DNA from: an uncultured Christensenella sp.
GTDB taxonomy: Bacteria > Bacillota > Clostridia > Christensenellales > Borkfalkiaceae
Assembly (NCBI GenBank): GCA_910586345.1
Contig: CAJUHC010000001.1
Location: 38,164-102,163 of the forward strand
Direction: 5' to 3'
Length of the DNA stretch: 64,000 nucleotides
The notes beneath the pieces are model-generated. The model was given only the letters and a program-made list of their open reading frames with translations, ran no database searches and was not told where the DNA came from. The first letter of the stretch is position 1; each line of letters opens with the position of its first letter. Both the position numbers and the translations under genes were made by a program. This document shows positions 40,481 through 46,890 of the stretch, piece by piece.

Positions 40481-40833
40481 AAAATTTTCACCTTTTGAAG
40501 CAGCCCGAAAAGACGGCATTATGTTATTCCGTCCTATTATACAATAGACCGAATAAAAATTCAAGCAATTTACACGGACTTTTATGTGAAATAATATAAC
40601 GGATATTTTTATTTATTTTAATTTTCGCTTATATCACCGCTAATTTACTATTTATGTAAATAAGCGGGCGATTTTCGCCTTATTTTCCATAATTTGCGCA
40701 TTATTAAATTTATAATACGCGCCGTAACTCGCTTGAATATTAATATCCTAAATTTATAAATTATACATTTTATATGCATAAACCGCTTCTTTCCGAAACA
40801 CAAACAAATAGTTATCCGCTGCGGTTCGTTTAT

Positions 40834-40862
40834 TTGACATTTTATGCATATATGCGTATAAT
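40834..40862 (+). promoter_or_regulatory. Consensus sigma-A promoter TTGACA-17-TATAAT abutting the yitT-like start codon
   Basis: TTGACA at 40834-40839, a 17-nt spacer and TATAAT at 40857-40862. The ATG at 40872 is only 9 nt downstream, and no SD sequence is present. Confidence 0.6.
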
Positions 40863-40871
40863 ATATTTAAG

Positions 40872-41798
40872 ATGACAAAGGCGAAACTGAAAACATATTT
40901 AATACGATACGCCGTAATAACGTTGGGCTGTATCATATTTTCGATTGGCGTATCGCTCTTTCTTGACACGAACAATATCGCGTCGGGAGGCGTAACAGGT
41001 ATCGCCATCATTATAAATTACGCAATAGAACAGGCTTTTGGAGGAAACGTTCCGACAATCGTACATACGATACTGAATACCGGAACTCTTATAATCATTA
41101 TAAATATCCCGCTCTTTATATTGGGCGCAATATTCTTCGGAAAAAAGTTTATTTTATCCACTATGTATTCGACGATTGTGTCTTCCTTGTTTATAGAACT
41201 CTGGAACATTACAATCGTTGAAAAAATAAAAATCACCAAAGACCCTCTTCTCGCAGGAATTTTCGGCGGAGCGCTGTTCGGGCTCGGGCTAGGGCTTATT
41301 TTCAGAATGGGAAGCACCACGGGCGGTACGGATATTATAGTCAAGATTCTGAGAAAGAAGTTCCGTTATATCAAAACGGGCATAATTTCAATGTGCATCG
41401 ATATAGTAATCATAGGAATTTCCGCAATCGTTTTCAAAGATTTCGACTTGACTTTATATACTATAATATCTATCGTCGTAATGACGGCGGCTTTCGACTG
41501 GGTGCTTTACGGCGGAAATTCGGCAAAACTCGTCTACATCATTACTACGGAAGATAAAGCCGAGGAAATCAGCGGGAAAATACTCAAAGAACTCGACGTC
41601 GGCGCGACCTTCGTCGACGGAGAAGGCGCTTACACGGGCAAAGACAAACGGATTATACTCTGCGCGATAAAAAGTTTTCTTTATCCTAAACTCAGAGACG
41701 TTGTACGCGAAGCAGACCCGAAAGCGTTTACGATAGTTACCTCGGCAAAAGAGATATACGGCGAAGGATACAAAGACCCGCACGACGAAGACCTTTAA
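40872..41798 (+). CDS. YitT family membrane protein (DUF2179 C-terminal domain)
   Basis: 308 aa. N-terminus ...YLIRYAVITLGCIIFSIGVSLFLDTNNIASGGVTGIAIIINY, with a soluble C-terminal domain. Confidence 0.8.
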   Translation: MTKAKLKTYLIRYAVITLGCIIFSIGVSLFLDTNNIASGGVTGIAIIINYAIEQAFGGNVPTIVHTILNTGTLIIIINIPLFILGAIFFGKKFILSTMYSTIVSSLFIELWNITIVEKIKITKDPLLAGIFGGALFGLGLGLIFRMGSTTGGTDIIVKILRKKFRYIKTGIISMCIDIVIIGISAIVFKDFDLTLYTIISIVVMTAAFDWVLYGGNSAKLVYIITTEDKAEEISGKILKELDVGATFVDGEGAYTGKDKRIILCAIKSFLYPKLRDVVREADPKAFTIVTSAKEIYGEGYKDPHDEDL

Positions 41799-41804
41799 TA
41801 AAAG

Positions 41805-41836
41805 AACGGCTCGGACGAAATAAAGTCCGAGCCGTT
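41805..41836. terminator. Bidirectional terminator between convergent genes
   Basis: AACGGCTCGGAC-gaaataaa-GTCCGAGCCGTT, a 12-bp perfect stem. Confidence 0.7.
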
Positions 41837-41841
41837 TATAT

Positions 41842-42450
41842 TCAAAGAAGATGTTTTCTTATAGCTTTTATCGCAGTATCGGCGATAAGTCTCGAACCGC
41901 GGTGCGTCGGATGAACCCCGTCCGCTGAATACTCCTTATAATGTATCCTTTCCGCAACGCCGTTGAACATTTCGTCGTAAGCAACGAATTCGTCCGCGAG
42001 TTCGCCGGCTACTCTATCGAGAATTTTAAGCTCCTCGTCGAAAAACTTTCTCATTCTCAGTTTATCCGGCGCAGGAAGCAGAAACGGCTCGAGAAATATT
42101 ACTACTATTCCCGCCTCTTTTATGCTTGTAATGAGCGTTTTCAAATCATTTTCGAATTTTACCAAATCGAGATTTTTACCGTCTCTGAACTTATGGATAA
42201 CTTCGTTTATACCCGCCATTATTACGACCGCGTCGGGTTCGAGTTCGATTACGTCGCGCCGAACGCGCGCAAGCAAATCGCAGACCTCTTCTCCCGCAAT
42301 ACCTTTGTTTACAAGTTCTATATCCGTATCGGGATAAATAGGTCTGAGCTTGTCCGCAAGAATTTTCACGTAACCGTCCCCGAGAGAAGTTTCGTTGTTT
42401 CTGTCGCGTCCGCCGTCCGTTATGGAATCTCCTAAAAATACAATTTTCAT
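41842..42450 (-). CDS. SGNH/GDSL family hydrolase
   Basis: Trimmed to MKIVFLGDSITDGGRD (GDS block I). Also contains GINE and a DGVHPT block V. Confidence 0.8.
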   Translation of the reverse strand: MKIVFLGDSITDGGRDRNNETSLGDGYVKILADKLRPIYPDTDIELVNKGIAGEEVCDLLARVRRDVIELEPDAVVIMAGINEVIHKFRDGKNLDLVKFENDLKTLITSIKEAGIVVIFLEPFLLPAPDKLRMRKFFDEELKILDRVAGELADEFVAYDEMFNGVAERIHYKEYSADGVHPTHRGSRLIADTAIKAIRKHLL

Positions 42451-42541
42451 TTTTTCGTCCCTTTTTAATATTATACCGCAAAAACGCATTTTAAGCAAGT
42501 GCGAATAATAAATTATTTTTTAAAAAGCGTGAAATAATGCT

Positions 42542-42570
42542 TTGACAAACGAATAATAATATGATATAGT
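42542..42570 (+). promoter_or_regulatory. Strong sigma-A promoter (TTGACA-17-TATAGT) in front of the disrupted tRNA-Ser
   Basis: TTGACA at 42542-42547 and TATAGT at 42565-42570. The 5' end of the tRNA is at 42584. Confidence 0.6.
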
Positions 42571-42583
42571 TATTTAGCTTTAA

Positions 42584-42623
42584 GCGGACGTACCCAAGTG
42601 GCTCAAGGGGCTCCCCTGCTAAG
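42584..42623 (+). pseudogene. 5' half of a disrupted tRNA-Ser(GCT): acceptor, D-arm, 5' anticodon stem and anticodon loop
   Basis: GCGGACGTACCCAAGTGGCTCAAGGGGCTCCCCTGCTAAG followed by unrelated sequence. It is complementary in the acceptor and anticodon stems to the 3' half at 43862-43921. Confidence 0.75.
42615..42623 (+). repeat. Left copy of the 9-bp direct repeat CCTGCTAAG (anticodon-loop core) flanking the insert
   Basis: An identical 9-mer lies at 43862-43870. The same 9-mer is also present in the anticodon loop of the intact tRNA at 42788-42878. Confidence 0.75.
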
Positions 42624-42626
42624 AGA

Positions 42627-42658
42627 AACTTGTGGTTAATCGGGGAATAGCACAAGTT
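42627..42658 (+). repeat. Subterminal inverted repeat (AACTTGTG / CACAAGTT), 4 nt inside the left junction
   Basis: 8-bp arms at 42627-42634 and 42651-42658. A second hairpin, AAATGTT/AACATTT, lies at 42660-42677. Confidence 0.6.
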
Positions 42659-42787
42659 GAAATGTTTTGCAACATTTTGAAATGAATTGAAAGGTTATTT
42701 TGGTGTTCCCCTAAAAGACAGAAAATATAGCAAATCGTTGCAAACCGTTGCAATGTGTTTCAATTTAATAGACAATTTATAGACAAT

Positions 42788-42878
42788 GTGGAAGTACCCA
42801 AGCGGCTCAAGGGGACGCCCTGCTAAGGCGTTAGCACGGATTTCCGTGGCGAGGGTTCAAATCCCTCCTTCCACGCCA
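42788..42878 (+). tRNA. tRNA-Ser (anticodon GCT), intact, with encoded CCA
   Basis: Manual fold. Acceptor GTGGAAG/CTTCCAC. D-arm CCC..GGG. Anticodon stem ACGCC/GGCGT with loop CTGCTAA. Long variable arm CACGG-ATTT-CCGTG. T-arm GAGGG-TTCAAAT-CCCTC. Discriminator G followed by CCA. Confidence 0.9.
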
Positions 42879-42910
42879 AACGCCCAAGCTCTTAATGAGC
42901 TTGGGCGTTT
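42879..42910. terminator. Bidirectional terminator shared by tRNA-Ser and hicB
   Basis: AAACGCCCAAGCT-cttaatg-AGCTTGGGCGTTT, a 13-bp perfect stem followed by a T-rich tract. Confidence 0.75.
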
Positions 42911-42927
42911 AATTTGTTTTTTACTTG

Positions 42928-43401
42928 TTAAACTGCGCTTCCGTCTGCGTAAAAGATACGCCAATCAAAATCAAGAAGTAAGCCGATCCTCTTTGCCATA
43001 TCGGGCGAAGGTGTTTTTTTACCGCTGATTATATAGGTAAAGTATGAACGGTCGACGCCTAAAATTTGGGCTGCTTGACTTTTGTTTAGTTGTCTCTTTG
43101 TAAGTCCGTTTTCAACCTCTACCGCCGCACGGAATTTAACCGCATCCTCGCTTTCGTAAGGTTCGGCTTTTACAAGGCTTACAAAGTCTCCTTTGTCAGT
43201 TACTTTTATTGAAGTCATTTCGCTGGGTGCATTAAGCTGTTCTTCGCCATCGGAATATACGAAAAGCGCATCTCCCGCCATTGCGTACGCTTCTTCCAAA
43301 GTTTCGCCTTCGGTTAAGCATCCCGGCAAATCGGGGAACTCTACCCAATAACCGCCTTCTTCAGCTTTGTGAAATAATGCAGGATAAATTATATCTTTCA
43401 T
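42928..43401 (-). CDS. hicB: HicB family antitoxin with a C-terminal XRE-type HTH
   Basis: MKDIIYPALFHKAEEGGYWVEFPDLPGCLTEGETLEEAYAMAGDAL... is the HicB fold signature. The C-terminal HTH reads LNKSQAAQILGVDRSYFTYIISGKK. RBS AAGGAG. Confidence 0.9.
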   Translation of the reverse strand: MKDIIYPALFHKAEEGGYWVEFPDLPGCLTEGETLEEAYAMAGDALFVYSDGEEQLNAPSEMTSIKVTDKGDFVSLVKAEPYESEDAVKFRAAVEVENGLTKRQLNKSQAAQILGVDRSYFTYIISGKKTPSPDMAKRIGLLLDFDWRIFYADGSAV

Positions 43402-43438
43402 AATGTTATCTCCTTATTTATTCTGTGCAGGGCGGTGC

Positions 43439-43633
43439 TTATTTTTTCAGCCCCGCCTGTTTGAGTATTGCCTGTTCGAGTCCTTTGCCTAAATCTTTGT
43501 TATGCATTGGAACGGTTGTCTGTTTACCTGTTTGCGGATTCCGCAGTCTGAGGTGCGACGTTCCCGGCTGCCGAACTTCCTCAAAGCCGTTAGCTTTCAA
43601 AAATTTAACCATTTCTTTTGGTGTCATCGGCAT
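43439..43633 (-). CDS. hicA: HicA family mRNA interferase toxin
   Basis: MPMTPKEMVKFLKANGFEEVRQPGTSHLRLRNPQTGKQTTVPMHNKDLGKGLEQAILKQAGL. I chose the ATG at 43633, with AGGAGG 8 nt upstream. The ORF track uses the GTG at 43642. Confidence 0.9.
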   Translation of the reverse strand: MPMTPKEMVKFLKANGFEEVRQPGTSHLRLRNPQTGKQTTVPMHNKDLGKGLEQAILKQAGLKK

Positions 43634-43659
43634 TAGCCCCACCTCCTGTTTACAATATT

Positions 43660-43689
43660 ATTATATACTATTGTTGACTAAAAGTCAAC
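43660..43689 (-). promoter_or_regulatory. hicAB promoter (TTGACT-17-TATAAT) with an overlapping perfect palindrome GTTGACT-TTT-AGTCAAC, a likely HicB operator
   Basis: On the minus strand, -35 is at 43688-43683 and -10 at 43665-43660. The palindrome spans 43673-43689. Confidence 0.6.
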
Positions 43690-43792
43690 ACTTTTAACAC
43701 AATTTTTTTGAAAAATAGACAATTAATAACACTCCCCTGTTTAGGGTGTCCCAAAAATATAGACAATTTATAGACAATGAGTTAATAAAAAC

Positions 43793-43838
43793 CACAATAT
43801 ATAGTTTTATAAAAGTAAGCAAACTACTATATATTGTG
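43793..43838 (+). repeat. Perfect 13-bp inverted repeat (CACAATATATAGT / ACTATATATTGTG), 24 nt inside the right junction
   Basis: Arms at 43793-43805 and 43826-43838, with a 20-nt loop. Confidence 0.65.
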
Positions 43839-43861
43839 TATTTGCAAAAATTGCCTACATA

Positions 43862-43921
43862 CCTGCTAAGGGAGTAGCGCGGGAAACTGCGGCGCGAGTT
43901 CAAATCTCGCCATCCGCGCCA
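43862..43921 (+). pseudogene. 3' half of the disrupted tRNA-Ser(GCT): loop core, 3' anticodon stem, variable arm, T-arm, acceptor, CCA
   Basis: CCTGCTAAGGGAGTAGCGCGGGAAACTGCGGCGCGAGTTCAAATCTCGCCATCCGCGCCA. GGGAG pairs with CTCCC of the 5' half. The acceptor pairs with one C-A mismatch. Confidence 0.75.
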
Positions 43922-43963
43922 AAAACGCAGTATTTCGTTTGACACGGAATACCGCGTTTTTTT
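43922..43963 (+). terminator. Rho-independent terminator of the original tRNA-Ser gene
   Basis: AAACGC-GTATT-CG ... CG-AATAC-GCGTTTTTTT. Confidence 0.6.
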
Positions 43964-44146
43964 GTTATTTAAACGTCGTTATTGTAAACATTAAATAAAA
44001 AAATTCATATTATAAATTAAAATAAAATTTAATTTCTATCCGGCTCCGTATAAACGGTTCTAAAACATATTCGCCTTTTAACAGCTACATATTCAGCTCC
44101 CGCGACGGGAGCGGTATGTAGTGTTTTTATTTAGGAGCTTTATAAT

Positions 44147-44920
44147 ATGAAAATATTAAATAAATCAAATGTAACCTACAACGCGGTACCGCCGAATCAA
44201 CCCGGAGTTCCCGGCAGTCTTACAAGCAATAGCGTAGAAACAGAGGTATTGTCCGACGCTATTAAAAAAGTTATGACCGTAGACAAAACTTTTGCCAAAG
44301 AAGGAGAAACAGTTCACAATACGGTAACGATTACCAACAATTCATCTGCGGTTTTAACTCCGGCTTATATCATAAACCCCGCGCCCGACGGAGCAAGTTT
44401 CGTTGAAGGAAGCGTCAAAATAAACGGAGTCGCAGCCCCGGCAGACCCCGTATTAGGAATCACCCTTCCTGTATTAAACTCCGGCGAAACAATTACTATC
44501 GAGTACGATATGCAAATAAAGAGCCCTTCTACGGTAACCGCTGTAACCAACACTGCCGAATTCCGATACGACGTGGGAGACCCTGTAAGCGGCATCATCT
44601 CAACCTACACCGAACCCACCAACGACGTTACGGTAAACGTTGTTTCGGCAAAACTCGAAGTTGTGAAAAGCGTCGACAAGGCTTTCGCCGTCAAAGGTGA
44701 AACGCTGACCTATACCGTAACGTTTACGAATAAAGGCAATATTAATATAAACGATATTTATTTCACGGATAATATCCCGCAAGGCACTACTTTTGTGGAT
44801 AAATCCGTTATGATAAACGGTCAGAATATCGCCGCCTACCGTCCCGACATCGGATACAGCGTAGCAAACTTACCTCCCGACGACAGCGCAACCACGAGTT
44901 TCCAGGTAACGATAGACTGA
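44147..44920 (+). CDS. DUF11-like (conserved repeat domain) protein with two repeats and no signal peptide
   Basis: 257 aa. Repeats are MTVDKTFAKEGETVHNTVTITNNS... and VVKSVDKAFAVKGETLTYTVTFTNKGNININDIYFTDNIPQGTTFV. RBS TAGGAG. Confidence 0.6.
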   Translation: MKILNKSNVTYNAVPPNQPGVPGSLTSNSVETEVLSDAIKKVMTVDKTFAKEGETVHNTVTITNNSSAVLTPAYIINPAPDGASFVEGSVKINGVAAPADPVLGITLPVLNSGETITIEYDMQIKSPSTVTAVTNTAEFRYDVGDPVSGIISTYTEPTNDVTVNVVSAKLEVVKSVDKAFAVKGETLTYTVTFTNKGNININDIYFTDNIPQGTTFVDKSVMINGQNIAAYRPDIGYSVANLPPDDSATTSFQVTID

Positions 44921-44934
44921 TTAAGGGGTTAATT

Positions 44935-45600
44935 ATGTTAATACCCAATAAGATAACGGTAACTTACGACGCCATATCGCCCGACGGTAAAAAGTATTCC
45001 GAAAAAACGGAAAGCAACGCCGTAAACACGGAAATTTTAACTTATTCGGTTTCAAAAAAAATACGTTCCGATAAAACAGCAGTCCGTGCCGGAGAAACCG
45101 TGCGTTATACCGCGACGTTAACCAACGACTCGGCGGCGGAATTATTCGATATTTTTTTCAAAGTACCTCAACCCGAAAACGCAAGTTTCGTTACGGGCAG
45201 TGTTAAAATTAACAAAACGGCGCAACCGTCGTGCAATCCTATAACGGGCTTTTATATACCGGATATAAACACGGGCGAAACTGTTGTAATAGAGTATGCA
45301 ATAAAAGCCGAAAAACCGACAGCAACGCCTGTTACTCAATTCGCAACGTTTGATTATACCGTAAACGACCCTGTAAGAGGTAACGCGGAGTACTCCGAAA
45401 ATACCGATAAAATTTTGCTAAACATTATGGAAAAAATCAACGATACGTTTCAAATCGTTATTCGCAGAACCGAATATTTCGCAACGAGAAATTATATTTA
45501 CCCTTGCCGTAATTGCTGTGATTGTAGTGATTTTTGCAACCGTTGCGGTTGTTACGATTGCTGTGATTGCTGTTGCTGTGATTGTTTCCGCGACTATTAA
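44935..45600 (+). CDS. DUF11-like protein with an extremely Cys-rich C-terminal tail
   Basis: 221 aa. One DUF11-like repeat (SDKTAVRAGETVRYTATLTNDSAAELFDIFFKVPQPENASFV). The tail is CRNCCDCSDFCNRCGCYDCCDCCCCDCFRDY, with 14 Cys in the last 31 aa. No signal peptide. Confidence 0.6.
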   Translation: MLIPNKITVTYDAISPDGKKYSEKTESNAVNTEILTYSVSKKIRSDKTAVRAGETVRYTATLTNDSAAELFDIFFKVPQPENASFVTGSVKINKTAQPSCNPITGFYIPDINTGETVVIEYAIKAEKPTATPVTQFATFDYTVNDPVRGNAEYSENTDKILLNIMEKINDTFQIVIRRTEYFATRNYIYPCRNCCDCSDFCNRCGCYDCCDCCCCDCFRDY

Positions 45601-45666
45601 CAAAATAACGTTGCTTTTATGTAGAAATATAAATTAATCGCGCTTTCCGCCGTTCGGCTTTTATTA

Positions 45667-45696
45667 AACGGGCAATCGATAAATCGATTGCCCGTT
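45667..45696. terminator. Bidirectional terminator
   Basis: AACGGGCAATCGAT-aa-ATCGATTGCCCGTT, a 14-bp perfect stem between convergent genes. Confidence 0.7.
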
Positions 45697-45730
45697 ATTT
45701 TACATATAAAAACAAAGCGCGAATAAAAAT

Positions 45731-46858
45731 TTATTCCGGACTCCTTTTTCTCAAAAACAATGCGGTAAAAACTGTTACGGTAACAGCCGATACGAAACAC
45801 AGCGCAGTAGCGGAAATGATTAGCGCGACGTTAACTTCTTTCTCCGCAGAAGTATCGGGTGCAATTAACGGAGGAAATATTTCGCGTCTTATCAAGCTCA
45901 GCAAAGAATATTCTCCTTCCGCGTCCAAAGTAATTTCCCATATCATTACCCCTCCGTATTCTTTTGCCAAACCGCACTTTTCACGCATAGAGTTCGCGCC
46001 CGTATAAGCAACCCCCATATATTCGTCCGAATTGAAATTCGAAGTATCCTTTTCTATAATTTCCGAAAACGATAAATACGAATTCCAGTCGAGCGAGCCG
46101 TTCTCGTCGTAACCACGTCCGTAAAACGGAACTCCGAGAACAAGATTTTCTTTCGGAATTTTCTTTACTCCGTGAAAGTAATCGAGACATTCAACGGCAA
46201 ATTCATAAGAAGAATGAGATTTTACTCCGTGCGAATCATCGTCGTAAGCCATAACGTTCACGAAATCGAACAACGCGAAAGTTTCCGCGTTCACGTTCCC
46301 TGCAACCCATTGCGCCGTCGCAGTACTCAACTCCCAACCGCGCGCATCGCAGATTTTACGGAGCGAAGAAACCCAAGCCCCGTAATTTTTCCAGATTGCG
46401 TCGTTTGAGCCGAGCTCGATGTCGAGGTCTACCCCGTCGAGATTATACTTTTCGCAGAAAGAAACTATTTTTTGGTTCAATAAATTTATTTTATCGGAAT
46501 CCGAAATCAATTCTCGGTACGGTTCTCCGTATCCGCCTCCGCCGAGAGCCGCCGATATCTTTACTCCGTTAGCGTGCGCTTTATCAACGACGGCTTTCAT
46601 TTCGACGTCGGGTATTCCGCAAGAGAGCGAGTCTCCTTTTACGTTGCAAAAAGCGATATTTATATGCGTAAGCGAGGAGAAATCTATATTTTTATATTCC
46701 AGATAAGACCAATCGGGCAGATAACCGACAATTCTCGTTCGGCATTCTCTGTTTTCGTCCGCGTTTGCGCGTAAAGAACCGACAGCTAATAACGAGGCAA
46801 CAAATACGCACGTCAGCAAAATAAATAACGGCGCCGATATAATTCGCAATTTTTCCAA
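45731..46858 (-). CDS. Glycoside hydrolase family 18 (chitinase-like) with signal peptide and C-terminal TM anchor
   Basis: Catalytic motif LDGVDLDIE (DxxDxDxE). Hydrophobic N-terminus and a C-terminal TM helix. Apparent TTG start. Confidence 0.75.
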   Translation of the reverse strand: MEKLRIISAPLFILLTCVFVASLLAVGSLRANADENRECRTRIVGYLPDWSYLEYKNIDFSSLTHINIAFCNVKGDSLSCGIPDVEMKAVVDKAHANGVKISAALGGGGYGEPYRELISDSDKINLLNQKIVSFCEKYNLDGVDLDIELGSNDAIWKNYGAWVSSLRKICDARGWELSTATAQWVAGNVNAETFALFDFVNVMAYDDDSHGVKSHSSYEFAVECLDYFHGVKKIPKENLVLGVPFYGRGYDENGSLDWNSYLSFSEIIEKDTSNFNSDEYMGVAYTGANSMREKCGLAKEYGGVMIWEITLDAEGEYSLLSLIRREIFPPLIAPDTSAEKEVNVALIISATALCFVSAVTVTVFTALFLRKRSPE

Positions 46859-46890
46859 TTTCTAACTTTCACCCTCCCGTCGGTTAAGAC

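Larger units (their letters stand above)
42624..43861. mobile_element. Insert of 1238 bp in tRNA-Ser(GCT) carrying a replacement tRNA-Ser(GCT) and hicAB, with no recombinase gene
   Basis: Bounded by the two halves of one tRNA and by the 9-bp direct repeats. Inverted repeats lie near both ends (42627-42658 and 43793-43838). Five TAGACAAT motifs lie inside. Confidence 0.65.

Noticed and set aside
42786-43028. ORF 42786-43028 (+, 80 aa) and ORF 43694-43945 (-, 83 aa).
   Set aside because: They overlap the intact tRNA-Ser with its terminator, and the 3' tRNA half, respectively. The RNA-gene interpretation explains the sequence far better.
42584-43921. The interrupted tRNA-Ser as a group I/II intron-containing tRNA, or as an archaeal-style split tRNA that is joined in trans.
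   Set aside because: The intervening 1.24 kb contains an independent tRNA with its own terminator and two protein genes on the opposite strand. It lacks intron-like core structure. The 9-bp direct repeat at the junctions fits DNA insertion, not RNA splicing.
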